DNA of 64,000 nt from the human T2T-CHM13v2.0 reference genome, Homo sapiens, in the NCBI RefSeq assembly GCF_009914755.1, contig NC_060948.1. One strand, given 5' to 3'. Under the pieces are notes generated by a model. It was not told where the DNA came from and ran no database searches. It was given only the letters and a program-made list of their open reading frames with translations. Of this stretch, positions 13,760-27,280 are shown piece by piece (position 1 is the stretch's first letter; each line of letters starts with the position of its first letter). Both the position numbers and the translations under genes were made by a program.

Positions 13760-15600
13760 AAGAAGAAGCTTCTCTGGATAAGGTGGAGGATAGTTAAGGG
13801 AGGTTTTAGTAAGTGCTGGTTCTATGAGCCTCTGCACCAACCCATGGATGCATGGTATGACACAGCACCCAACAAGAATAAGTACACCCATTTCGGCTGT
13901 GAGGGAAGTAAGAATTGAGGCTGTCATTCCTTTCTACCAAACCACTTTTCTAACCATCCTGTAAATGGGTCATTTACCCCTGAGTTGCTGGCCAACTGAT
14001 TGGATAGAGCAGTCACACACTGCAATGCCTTTGTTATACTTCCATCAGGGGTAGTGGTGTTTGGGATGAAGGTGCAACATTGAGTTTTAATCATGAAGCA
14101 AACTCCTCCGCTTTCTGCTAATATCATGTCTAAGGCTATCCTATTTTCCCAAGCCATCTGGCAAGCAGCCCCTAATTTCTCAGCTATTCCTTTAACAGCA
14201 TCTCTAGTGTAGTTAATAAACTGCTGTTTGTTGTATAAATATAATTGATCTAATCTACATGCTTATTAATTGTCACCCACCAAAATATTGACAAAAATCC
14301 TGCAGCTATTTGATTGCGGGCTTTAAATTGACTGGTATTCCCTGTGGGACTCTAATTGTATCTAAAAAGATGTGAGAGTCAAAAGACCCTTAAGGGGCTT
14401 CTCTCACTTTATAGTGTCTTCTTTTTCCTTCCTCTGGTTGATGAAATGCCAGGGTGAAATGGATAGCCAATTGGACTAAAGCACAAGTGCCATTCCAGTT
14501 ACTTAGCAGAGTATCCAGTAAAGGTCCACCACAATACCACCACACAAAAGGTCCACCACAATACCACCATACCTCCACTTGGGGATGAACAAGGGCTGAC
14601 TGATTGGTAAACTCTTGAAAATTCTTAAGCTCACTGCATCCCTTCAGGTCTCCAAGGAATGCTAAGTTTTCTCCCTGTTTGAGAGACATGAAGTGAACTT
14701 AGTGTTGGGAAACGGAGGCTGGATGGCTCTCGGGCTGACCCTCAGGGTGCCAGGCTTTGGGATATAGCAAGACTGAGCTTGGCATGACGTGTTACCCCAG
14801 GCTGTAGAATCCTGGAAAAGAGCTACTATACAGACCATGCCTGGTTGACTGAAGGACCATCCTAGTGGAAAGGGGACAATCTGGGCCCCTGGCCTGCCAT
14901 GCACACAAGCATAACATTTGCTTTTGTTTAATGTGTGGACAGAATATTTGATCCATTCCACCCAAACATTTGCATCTTGGCATCCTGTCTTAATTGCCAA
15001 AGTTTGTTTTAAGTCTTTACATTTTACAATAGCTATCTTGGTCTTGTCATTAGATGGAGGAGAAACAATTGTTCCATTGTGAGAGGTTTTGGAAGAAGGT
15101 TTAGAGGAAGTTGCAGGTGGTGGGGGATCAAAGAAACGCATTTCAAAGAATCTGACAGGGTTTGTCCTTGAAACCTCAGCCCCCATACCATAAGAAGGGA
15201 ACCGGGCTTAGGAATGGGGAAGAACTTTGAGGGTTTGAGATAATAACCTGTATAGAATTACACTGATTTACCTGACAGTTAGCAGGGAGGGCTGTTCCTC
15301 TAGTAAAATGAATGTATGGTTTTAGGAAATTACAAAAACTGGTTGGGGCAGTCCATTTTTGCTCTTTAATGGTCCACAGATCATTGGACCAACTATGGCA
15401 TAAAAGCTCTACATGGGGGAGCAAGACCCCTGGCTGACACTGAGGCCTTACTGAAATCTCTCTGGATTAAGTGGTCCCAATACACTAATGCTCGGTCTGA
15501 GGAGAGTCAGGAGGGACAGAGGTACTTTTCTGAAGTACAGAGCTGTCTTTGACTTGGCAAGTCCCCAGGGGTATAACAAGGCAAGCATTAAATGCAATAG
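13760..15600 (-). pseudogene. Disrupted HERV-I env
   Basis: Fragmented ORFs; immunosuppressive domain ENRIALDMILAESGGVC and CX6CC motif in ORF 13924-14157; multiple frameshifts. Confidence 0.85.
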
Positions 15601-18600
15601 TTTGAGGCGAAATTGACTAGGTTATGTTAATAACTAGGTCAGCAATAGAGCAAAGAAGAAAGAGAAATAGAATAGATGAAAGAGTTAAATTTTTCTTAGC
15701 TTTAGTTTGGTAGGGTTTTCCCCTGGGACTACACCCCACGACTCTGGAGGGGGTGGCGCTTTCTTGACTCGGGTGTGATGAATCCATCCCCTTCCACTGT
15801 ATGAACAGGAGTCTCCATGGTTAGCAGCACAAAGTAGATTCCTTCCCAGGCTGGCTGGGGTTTTCCTTCTTTCCACCCTTTGATGAGAATGTGATCCTCA
15901 GGCTGGTGCTGGTTTACCAGAAATTCTAGGAGTGGTACCTGTGCTAAAAGACTTTAGTTTTCAGGGAAAGGAAAGTGGAAGATAAACTAAGTATGAAATT
16001 GACCTTTTGTTTTAAATGTGGGGACGTCAGCAGTGGGCTTTATAGTCCTTGGTGCCTTCTTACTGAGAAATTTCCTTTAGCACCTATTTTTATTAGTTTT
16101 TAGACCAAAGAAAGCCAAACACCATTTTATATTTGACAGTGCTTCCTGTATGGTTTTTATACCAGATAAGCTAAATTTCGCCTTTATATTAGGGTGTTAT
16201 TAGTGTTAAACTTAGTTTTAATAAAACCTTGTAGGCATATTTATTCAATTTTTAATGTCTGACCATAAGGTAAGATTTTCATAGACTCTTCTTAACCTTT
16301 CATGATTTTTGTTAAAGAGCAGGTTAATGCTTTAAGAAAAACCTGTTGTGCTCTTATTTTAATGTCCAGTTCACAAAAAAAACTGAATGATACCCCTTTA
16401 ACTTTATCCAATATATTTACACACAGAATTTCCTTTACAATTAACGTTTCAAAACTTGCTTAAACTGTTAAAACAAAATATATATATTTTTACCCTTTTA
16501 ATGTAGGTAAAAATCCACATTCTTATGCCTCCTTATAATCCTTTTACCAAAGGTATATTTTACTTTCCTTATACACTTTGCACATAAACTGTTTTTTCTG
16601 TAGTTCCACGTTTAGGAGTCCTATTTACTTTTAAATTATACAATATTTCTTGCATAAATTCCCTTTTATACCTTTTTTTTTTCCACGACTTTCACAGACA
16701 ATTCTTTGACCTGCCTTAGCTTTCTGACTTGTTGCATCCATCCCTTTCTTTAAATAACTAGTTAATTTATTTTAGGACAAGAATTTACTATATAACATTC
16801 CTTTTTATATAAATTCTCCCCCTGCCTTTTTTTTTTTTTTCTCAACGTTGATAACCATTCTTTTCCAAGCAACTTGCTTCATGTCTGTGTTCTAGACTGC
16901 CTAAGGCCACAAGATTAGAAGTTAGGATAATACATGTTACACTGTTCACTTTTAGCAAATTTTACTTTTGTTGAAAACCGTGTAAGTTTGTGATTTCAAT
17001 TATCCTTTGCTATTAATGAGATTGTTTAGTCCAAATTAACTTAGAATTGGTATAGATGGTTCCTTCCTGGTTCTGTAAGTACTTTAAGGCTTGTCTGAGA
17101 GCAAACAGATAACATGTTTGAGCAGACCAATTATTAGGCAATTTTCCTGACTCTGCTTTTACAAGAGTTTCCTTATCACTTACTGAATACCCATTATGTC
17201 TTTTTCCTTCTGTCACCCCGAAGGAACCATTTACTGTCCTGACCTGAAAGGAGTTCCACCTAGGTCTGGTTGGACCTTTCTATGGTAATTAATTAAGATT
17301 TAGATAACCTGTTAGGAAACCTGCTGGGTCAAGAGAATTATCAGTGGTTAATGTTAAATGATCTTTTTCTAACAGAATAGCCCCAAACTTTCAGATTTTT
17401 GAGTTAGTAAGCTACATTTTTGCTTTTTTTTTTTTTTTTTTTTTTTTTTGATTTAGGATAGTTCTGAACTGGTGAGGTGTACTTACAATGAGGTTTCCTC
17501 TAAAAGTATTTTTCTACTTTCTTCTGTTAGCAAAGCATTTGCCGCTACAGATTGAATGCATTTGGGCCATTCTGGGTTTACTGGGTTAAGGATTTTTGAT
17601 TAGGAAGGCTACAGGTTTTCAGTGGCCTCAGTGCTTTAGGGCTACGCTCTTGTTTATACTGACAACAAGGTCGTGTTGGAATGTTACAGGGTCATGGAGA
17701 AGACCTTCATTATGATCAATTACAGGTTTTAAATTCACCCTGACTTTTAAAGGTATAGGGTACACTGTTTTCTCTTTACTACTTCTATCTCTCTCTTTTT
17801 CTTTTTCTTTGACTTCCTGTCTCTCTCTTTCTGTCTGTTTGACCCCTTCTTTGTGTCTCTGTCTCTTCCTCTCTCTTTCTCTCTCTCTCTCTCTGCTGTT
17901 GTTTCGCTTCCTCTACCAGCTGCTTATACCGCTGTTCTCCCCTCTCCTTCTCCTTCCCCTAGGGGAGGGACCAGCGGAAGTGGAGCTACTTATTCTTTCT
18001 TCCCCTGAAAGAAGAACACCCAAGATGGATATTAACATGACCTAAGTGTATAAATGAGGTTCTAAGAACTGTTCAATTTGGTCTGCCACTCCATAACGGT
18101 CATCTAGTAGCAGTTTAAGCCCCTTTTTAAAATTCTGGACTTACGAACTGGTTAGGGAGGCATTTACAAAGCCAATGCCTGCCCCCCCACCCCCTCCCCT
18201 GCCTTGTGGTACCTCTTTCAAAGGGAAGAGGGTCCAAGCTGACCTCTTAGGTACAGAGGGAAATGGAAAATTCTGAATATCTTTTTTACATTCATCTACC
18301 TCATGCTGGAGTCATTTTAGAGAGGGGTATTTAGGTTGGGAGAGAACAGGCTGGTGGAATGGTAATTCCTAAGAGTCAGGGTTATGAGGAGGAGGGCTCA
18401 TGTGAGTAGAGGGGGAATTTGGAATGGGATCTGAGGTGGCCGTGGCTGTCTGAGGGGAAAGACTGGGGACACTGAATGGGGGAACATAGACTAGGGGATC
18501 CCATGTGCTGGAATCTTTAGGCATGAGAGCTGGCTCCTCTGATTTTTCATTTTGAGGTGCCAGATTAGGTTCTTCCCTACTTGTTATTAAGGGAAAAAGG

Positions 18601-19497
18601 AGGGCAAGTCCTTGCCTCCAACAAAGGGCGTAGCCTACTTCTTGAGACACTGGACTTTTAGCATTAACGTGTCAGATTAGAAGCTGACACATTACATCCT
18701 CGTTTGACCCAAACTTTTGCCAGAAAATTGAGGATTTGAGGATGGGTCCCTGAGTCTAAATAAAAGAGCACTATTTTATCATTTGTTGCTTTTTCCTATG
18801 TTTAGTCCTTTCATTATCCTTCCAGTGTTTTAGCATGAGACCTATGAAGGTATTGGGGGGATATCTTTGTTACCATCTTTATCCTCCCTGCTCCCTGTCT
18901 TGCTTGGGGTATTTCCCTTCTTGATGGTTTTGGGGTCAGGTTCAAGGTTCAATGTCCGTTACTGAAAAATTCTCACCTTTTGGGGTGAGGCTCAATTTCC
19001 GCTAGTGGAAATTTCTTGCCTTTTGGGTTGAGGCTTAATTTCCCCACTGGAAATTTCTTGTGTTTTGGGCTGAGGCTCAATTTCCCCACTGGAAATTTCT
19101 TGCCTTTTCTACTACTGGAAGTTTGTGTGAGGTTCAGTCCCCCACAGTGGGGATGTCTCACCTCTTTTTAACCTCTAAGCCGCCCCCGACCAAGGGGTAC
19201 TTCACTGAACCCCCTGCGGCTTTCTCATCGTGGTCCCGACCACCAAGGAAATACTTTACCAGCTCCCCTGGCTTTTCTTTCCCTGGTCTGTGCACAGAGT
19301 AATCGCCACAGTATGTGAGGATCCTTTAAGCTAGGATGCTGGCAAGTTTTTAATTTTTTTTCCCGCGTGTTGCTGAGCGTTCAGGTTATTCCTCGCACAG
19401 GGTGGGTTCTGATTTTTCACCCCTGAGACCGCCACAAGGGGTGGGGCATGACTTCTCACCAGAGAGAGTCAGAGACAGTCCCCAGTGGGGAAATGTA

Positions 19498-19515
19498 ATC
19501 CCGGACGAGCCCCGA
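19498..19515 (-). promoter_or_regulatory. Primer-binding site, tRNA-Pro
   Basis: - strand TCGGGGCTCGTCCGGGAT versus canonical TGGGGGCTCGTCCGGGAT. Confidence 0.85.
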
Positions 19516-19829
19516 AATTGTTATATATAAAGTTTTGGTGCCGCAAAAGAAATAGCATTCGAATATAAAATATTCTTTTTAATTCTCAGCAAGGCAAGTT
19601 ACTTCTGTAGAAGGGTGACCCCTTACAGATGGAGCAATGGTGAGCGCACACTCGGACAAGGGAGGGGAAGGGTTCTTATCCCTGACGCACGTGACCCCTC
19701 CTGCTGTGTCGTTCCGCAATTGGCTAGGGTTAGACCACACAGGCTAAACTAATTCCGATTGGCTAATTTCAAGAGAGTGACAGGGTGATTGGTTTGGCAC
19801 GAAAAATGGTTATGGCAGAGCAGAAAATC

Positions 19830-19970
19830 GGAATGAGTCAGGATGGAGTAGGTAATCGGAATGAGTCAGGATGGAGTAGGTAATCGGAATGAGTCAGGGT
19901 GGAGCAGGTAATCTGAATGAGTCAGGGTGGAGTAGGTAATTGGAATGAGTCAGGGTAGAGTAGGTAATTG
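19830..19970. repeat. LTR10F 28-bp VNTR with five AP-1 motifs
   Basis: TGAGTCA at 19834, 19862, 19890, 19918 and 19946. Confidence 0.93.
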
Positions 19971-20228
19971 AAAAAGGTTGCTTTGTGAGGAAGTTAAGTT
20001 TAAAAGTGAAGGTAAAAAATTGAACATACTGACATATTGATTCTTTGAAAAGAAATTTAGAACTCATATCTAACAGGGTCTATGCTACTTCCCCCGTGGC
20101 CCCCTGGCTGCTGGGAGCCAGCTATTTATGCTCCACTTCCCCGTGCCTCTCCTGCCCAGAGAGTAGAGACCATTCCCAGAGCCCTCACCCTTGTGAGCTG
20201 ATGGCTGTCCCTTGGCTTGCTTCCCCAG

Positions 20229-20481
20229 GATGGCACAGTGTTCGACAGCCGCCCTATAGAGTCCCTGTCCCTGATAGTTGCTGTGATTCCTGATGTGGTG
20301 CAGATGCGGCAGCAGGCATTTGGAGAGAAGCTCACTCAGCAGCAAGCCAGTGCAGCAGCCACAGAGGCATCAGCAATGGCAAAGGCGGCAACCATGTCCC
20401 CAGCTGCTATTTCCCAGCAAAATCCTCCAAAGAACCGAGAGGCCACAGTGAACGGGGAAGACAATGGAGCACATGAAATCA
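20229..20481 (+). CDS. TBL1Y: TBL1Y coding exon (about aa 69-153; F-box-like/Ala-rich linker)
   Basis: ccccag|GAT...ATC A|gtgagt; 253 nt; [54 protein letters not shown] matches recalled TBL1Y rather than TBL1X. The upstream LisH exons are not in the window. Confidence 0.95.
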
Positions 20482-21439
20482 GTGAGTGCGCAGGCTCTGG
20501 AAGTTTGGTGGGCCTCTCTGGGTTCATTGTTTTCTTTTAAATCTGGGTCAGTCTGAATGCCTTCTTAAAAACCTACCTGATATAAATGTCTTAGTAGCTG
20601 CTCTTTATTGTTTGCTTTCAATCTACCCAGAAGAGCTCCCGTTCCAGTTTTCCATCACAACCCTTCAACCAGACCTTCTTTACTCTCATCTTCAATTTCA
20701 GGAAATTGTGTGCACTGCCAGTCTGAGAACTCTCCTATAATACATGGTTATGGCCCATCATAAACAAAAGTGTTTAATTCATGGACAAATTTAGTCTCAG
20801 CCTCCAGCCCTCCATGTTGAGTGTTTTTGGCCAAATTGTGGTATAATCATTGAGTTCATGGTTCCTGCCGAGGGCACTGGGCCCCAAAAACTGAGCATCA
20901 GCTTATTTGGTCTTTGCAAAATCCCAGAACATCATTCCCTGTTAGGTAATTGCCAGCAAGTACATGGTAAGTCAGTGAGTCTGAATTTCTACCCAGAGAA
21001 CCTGCCCCACTTGGACATACTACTGCTCTATAAACCCATAGAGAAGCCACTTCAGCATGTATGTAAGTTCAGAGCATGCATATGTTCCATGAATGGTGCA
21101 CTAGTGGGTGGGAGGGTGTGTATATACATGTGTGCACCAGTGAACAAATTCTTAAAGTGCCTCTCTGGCTGGAGAATCAGATCTAGCATTTAATGAAAGC
21201 TCTCCTAGACTATTAATGTCTCTTCTATTAAAATAGTGTGACATAAAGGTTGTCTGCTTTGGGTCAATGAAAAGATATTCTGGCTTTTTATTTATAAAGT
21301 CCATGATTGTGGGGCAGGAAAAGGAGAGTAAGAGAATACCCAGCTTGTACCTACAGGTCATTTATTAACTATGCAGTGACATGGGGCACAACCCTCAGAT
21401 TCTCAAAATTGAGAAAATGGCTGAAGTTGTTTTCACAGT

Positions 21440-21818
21440 GGATATGATTGTTTGACTGCATCCCAACCCAAATCTCACCTTGAATTGGCTGCATCCCCAC
21501 CCAAATCTCTAGTTCCCTTGTGTCAAGGGCAGGACCAGGTGTAGATAATTGAATCATGGGGGGTAGTTTCCCCACTACTATTCTGGTAGTAGCGAATAAG
21601 TCTCATGAGATCTTACGGTTTTATAAATGGGAGTTCCTCTGCACAAGCTGTTTTGCCTGCCACCATGTAAGGCATAACTTTGCTCTTCCTTTGCCTTCCG
21701 CCATGACTGTGAGGACTCCCCAGCCATGTGGAACCATGAGTCCATTAAACCTCTTTCCTTTATAAATTATCCAGTCTTGGCTATGTCTCTATTAGCAGTA
21801 TGAGAACGGACAATTACA
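21440..21818 (+). mobile_element. THE1 (MaLR) solo LTR
   Basis: gatatg..ccccacccaaatctc..attagcag..taca; TSD ACAGT at 21435 and 21819. Confidence 0.88.
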
Positions 21819-22680
21819 ACAGTCTTACATCACAGAAAGTAATTTGTATTCATGAAGTTTCCGAAGTTGGCGTCTATGAAGGAAGAAATTTTCAATACAG
21901 CAAGGCAGCCTGTCCTCTCCACCACTGTTAAGTCTGAGGCCAGACCTGAAGTTCAGTTTTATTCTGTACCAATTTTTAAAAAAACAGAAACTCTAATGTG
22001 GAGTCCATGTTAACCCTGGCTGTGGACAGAGTAGAGACACCTACATGCCTTCAACCAAGTTGGCCAGTTGCAGGTAGATGGCTTTTGTTTCATTAGGACC
22101 TGCATGTGGTTCTTCACACTGACTATGCAGTGACATGGGGCACAACCCTCAGATTCTCAAAATTGAGAAAATGGCTGTAGTTGTTTTCACAGTGGATATG
22201 GTTGTTTGACTGCATCCCAACCCAAATCTCACCTTGAATTGGCTGCATCCCCACCCAGATCTCTAGTTCCCATGTGTCAAGGGCAGGACCAAGACTGGGT
22301 AATTTATAAAGGAAAGAGGTTTAATGGACTCGTGGTTCCACATGGCTGGGGAGTCCTCACAGTCATGGCAGAAGGTAAAGGAAGAGCAAAGGTATGCCTT
22401 ACATGGTGGCAGGCAAGACAGCTTGTGCAGAGGAACTCCCATTTATAAATAGTCGGTGTGCCCACCACTGATGCTCCTCCTCCAATGGACACCTTCCTGA
22501 ATGATAGACCTTCTGCTCTATTTCCTGGGCCTGGGGCTACCTGCAGTGTTTCCACTGTTCCATTGGCAGAGTGCCCTTGTATTGCAGCAAGGCAGCCTGT
22601 GCTCTCCACCACTGTTATGTCTCAGCAGTCTGAGGCCAGACCTGAAGTCCAGTTTTATTTTAATCCTCAAGAACTGTTTT

Positions 22681-22687
22681 TGTTGTT

Positions 22688-22718
<31 letters not shown>

Positions 22719-22997
22719 AGATGGAGACTTACTCTGTCACCCAGGCTGGAGTGCAGTGGTGTGATCTCTGCTCACTGCAGGCTCCACCTCTCAGGATTCA
22801 ACAATTCTCCTGCCTCAGCCTCCCAGTAGCTGGGACTACAGGCACACACCACCACACCCAGCTAATTTTGTATTTTTAGTAGAGACAAGGTTTCACCATT
22901 TTGGTCAGGCTGGTTTTAAACTCCTGACCTCAGGTGATCTGCCTGTCTCAGCTTCCCAAAGTGCTGGAATTACCGGCGTCAGCCACCACGCCCGGCT
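22681..22997 (-). mobile_element. AluS with (TTG)n tail
   Basis: TSD aagaactgtttt. Confidence 0.9.
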
Positions 22998-23020
22998 AAG
23001 AACTGTTTTTTTTTTTTTTT

Positions 23021-23803
23021 GGCCAGATGCGGTGGCTCTTGCCTATAATCCCAGCACTTGGGAGGCCCAAGGAAGAAGACTGATTGAATCTAGGAGTTCA
23101 AGACCAGACTGGGAAAGAGAGAAAGACCTCGGCTTTACAGAAAATGTAGAAATCAGCCAGGTGGGGTGGCACATGCCTGTAGTCCGAGGTACTCAGGGGG
23201 CTGAGTGGGGAGGATCACTTGAGCTCAGGGGGTGGAGTCTACAGAGAACTGCGATAGCACCACTGCACTCCAGCCTGTGCAACAGAGCAAAACACTGTCT
23301 CAAAAAATTAAAAGTAGAAAGAACTTTTTTTCCTGCTACTTGCGAGAAAAGTAGCCACTTTCCAGGCTGGTTTTCCTGACCATGGCATTTAAGGTTTGTC
23401 TCCATCATAAATGAACCTACCCAGGAGCCCAAAACCATTAATCTATGGCACTCCCAGGTTAGGCTCCTTCAATTTGAAGTCCTGGTGGTTCTGCCTGGAC
23501 TGAGAATTCTGATATGGAACAGGAGCTGTGGCTCATGCCTGTAGTCACACTGCTTTGGAAGGCTCAGGTGGGAGAATCGCTTGAGCCTAGAAGTTCAAGA
23601 CAACATAGCAAGGCCCCGTATCTACAAAAAGTTTTAAAAATTACCTGGGGGTAGCAGCATGTGTCTGTAGTCCCAGCTCCTCAGGAGGCTGAAGCAGGAG
23701 GATTGCTCGAGCTGGGAAGGTTGAGGCTGGAGTGAGCCATCAAGGCAAGACACTGCAGTGTAGCCTGGGTGACACAGCACAGACCCTGTCTCTAAAAAGA
23801 AAA
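23021..23803 (+). mobile_element. Two old AluJ-like elements (23021-23313 and 23522-23803)
   Basis: Diverged Alu dimers. Confidence 0.8.
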
Positions 23804-24308
23804 TTTTCAAAAGAAAGTGGCTCCAATAAGAAAACAGCACTTGAGCCCATGGGCTTGGTGTTTGAAGGCAGGGGACATTTGGAAGGAATGATGGTATTTA
23901 CCAGTGGGAACTTCCTACATGCAGAAACGATGCCACAGAAAGGTACATTTTAATGAAATGTCTTGTTTTATCAAAAACACAGGAAACTTCCAGCTGGTAC
24001 TTGTCATCCTAAGCCACCTTTGTACACATGGTTATTAGATGATATTTGTCTGATTCCTGTAGAAGAGGAGGTGTGATTCATGAGCCTCTATAGAACCCAC
24101 TGTGCATAAGATCAAAGAAAGGCAGCATTCAGTTCAGCATTCCTGGTCACTTTACACACCAGTGTAAAGTGGACACTCAGCCTTCTTATCAGCAGCCCCT
24201 CAGAGATGCTTGGTGTCCTATAAAGACAGGTATTGGATTTTTTAAATTTATTTTTTAGCAGTTGAATAGTCATAGTGTAAAAATTGCTCAGACCTAGTGC
24301 ACCTTCTA

Positions 24309-24685
<377 letters not shown>

Positions 24686-25557
24686 AGTACAGCTGAGACA
24701 ATCGGGCCCTTTTCCTGGGATCCATGCTTGGAATCCATTGTGCTGTGACATACATGTGCCTTGCCCAGAACATTAGCCGTCCCACTGACCACTGCTCCAG
24801 ATGGGCTGCTTACCTGGTTTATACCTCCCCCAGAGACCAACTCCCAACTATAGGCATTGGATGGGTGCTTAGTGCTTCTCCCTGCAACCTTCTGTCTAGA
24901 CTGTGTCAATGCATTAGTCGCTACCCCTGAGTGCCTGGCTTTGTCTCCCCTGTGCATGTGGCCAGTCCTAACTAGTCCACCCTGGCAGAAATTCTAGAAC
25001 AGCCACCATGACCACCTAATGAGACCTTGCACCCTGTTTGTGAGCCACAGCCTGGCCTATTGAGGCAGGAGTTTTTGAAGGCTGCATTTTGGTAAGAGTG
25101 CAGCCTCTGACAGCTGTGCCTCCTCTCAGTTACCAGGACCCCAACCACTGCATAGCTATCTAGTATACCAATTGCCCTCTTGCCATCGCCATGAACAACT
25201 CTGTTATATGGGGAAAGACATTTTTCCTCTCTTCCTGCCAGATGACACCTTCAGAGAATGAAAGAGTCACCAACATTGAAGAGTTTCACTGTTACGTAAC
25301 TTTTTTTATTAGGGTTCTTGAGCCAAGCAGAATGGCAAGAGATTTTTTTATTTTTTAAATGTAGAAAATACTCCTTCCTCAGTGGCAGGTAACCAACCTA
25401 AGATCACATTGCTTCTCTTTCCCAAGTTTTCAGTCAAAATGCCTTGATGAAGGACATAACGAAACATGCTTAATTCCTCACCATATCGTGAAACTGTTAA
25501 CCGTTGCTAATTCTTTGATCATCAGGCTATATTGCTGCTTTCTCATGAGCATAAACT

Positions 25558-25985
25558 GGGGGTAGCAAACTTTCTATACAGGAACAGACAGTAAATGTCT
25601 CAGGCTTTGAGGGTCATGCAGCCTGTCACAGCTGCTGAAGTCTGTCATAGTACAAAAGCAGCTATGAGAGTCATCTCAGGCTGCCTTAACAAAAGGCCAC
25701 AGACCAGGCAGTTTAAGAATTTGCTGTCATGATTCTGGAGGCTGGAGGTCTGAGATCAAGGTGAGGGCAGGGATGGTTCCTTTCTTAGGCCTCTCTCCTT
25801 GGCTTGTGGATGCTGTCTTCTCCCTGTGTCCACACGTGGTTGTACCTCTGTGGGTGTCTGTATCCTAATCCCCTCTTTTCATGAGAACAGCAGTTGCGGA
25901 ATGACTATCTGCTAGCCACACTTTATTTATGCAGAAGCAGCTGGTGGCTAGATTTTGTCCATGAGCTATAATTTGCTGGCCTCAC
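25558..25985. mobile_element. MER58-like DNA transposon interrupted by an MLT1 LTR fragment
   Basis: gcaaactttc...ggctttg; MLT1-like ttctggaggctgg..tctgagatcaagg at about 25670-25890. Confidence 0.55.
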
Positions 25986-26018
25986 TCACAAAGAGTAAAT
26001 AATTGTTTTGGAGAGGCA

Positions 26019-26305
26019 GTTTAGAGACAGGGCCTTGCTCTGTCCCCTAGGCTGGGTTCAGTGGCATAATTATGCCTCACTGTAGCCTCTCCCTCCTGGG
26101 CTCAATCAATCCTCCCATGTCAGCCTCCTGAGTAGCTGGGGCTACAGGCATATGGCACTGTGCCTGGGTAATCTTGCAATTTTTTTGTAGAAACGGGGTC
26201 CTGCAAAATTGCCTGGGTTGGTGTTGAACTCCTGGCCTCAAGCAGTTTACTGTCCTTGACCTCCCAAAGCATTGGGATTATAGGTGTGAGCTACCACACC
26301 AGGTC
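26019..26305 (-). mobile_element. AluJ
   Basis: Diverged antisense Alu dimer. Confidence 0.85.
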
Positions 26306-26527
26306 AGATTCTCTGTTTTTATTTCTCAGTGAGGTTTAGAGACTGTGAAATTATAAAGCAACCTGATATGTTTGCTAAACTGCACAAAAGCCACAATTTA
26401 GTTAGACTCGTTAGAGGTAGTGTTACTTAGTACGTAAAAACAAGGTGTTTCTGGAAACAAAAGTGCCCTTTAAATGCCTTCCTCTTGTATTGGTAAGCCA
26501 TATGTCTCTTTGTGTTTCCTATGACAG

Positions 26528-26660
26528 ATAATCACTCAAAGCCAATGGAAATAGATGGGGATGTTGAGATTCCACCCAACAAAGCCACAGTCCTTCGGGG
26601 CCACGAGTCTGAGGTGTTCATTTGTGCCTGGAACCCTGTCAGTGATTTGCTAGCCTCTGG
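26528..26660 (+). CDS. TBL1Y: TBL1Y coding exon (about aa 153-197, start of WD40-1)
   Basis: gacag|AT...TCT GG|gtaagg; 133 nt; [45 protein letters not shown]; phase fits both neighbours. Confidence 0.96.
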
Positions 26661-26941
26661 GTAAGGAAGTCAGGATGGGGGCACTCCAGGGTCAGGGAGA
26701 CGCAAGCTGCTTGCCCTTCCCTGGAGTTCTGCCTTGAGGAACGTGCACTCCACTTCTTATCCCAATGTGGGCAGACCCAGGAATGGGCTGCTCTTTGAGC
26801 CACCTCTATACGTGTCTCGTATTGTGAAGAAGCCTTAGTTCCGAGTCATTTTCTCCATGGAGTGAGGAGCAATACAAGGCAGTTAAATTTACCAAATGCA
26901 AAGATGACAAGGAGGGAAACAGGGATCCACTGGTATGATAA

Positions 26942-27280
<339 letters not shown>

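Larger units (their letters stand above)
13100..20075 (-). mobile_element. HERVIP10 (FH-like, pol largely deleted) provirus with LTR10F LTRs
   Basis: LTRs 13100-13671 and 19519-20075; TSD GGGT on both sides; PBS-Pro; gag remnant about 18040-18920; RNase H remnant 17013-17216; integrase C-terminal remnant 15685-15876; env remnants. Confidence 0.9.

Noticed and set aside
13760-15600. Domesticated (syncytin-like) env
   Set aside because: Broken into at least five short ORFs by frameshifts and stops
19830-19970. Regularly spaced repeats resembling a CRISPR array
   Set aside because: The units are head to tail with no unique spacers, lie inside an LTR, and the context is eukaryotic with no cas genes
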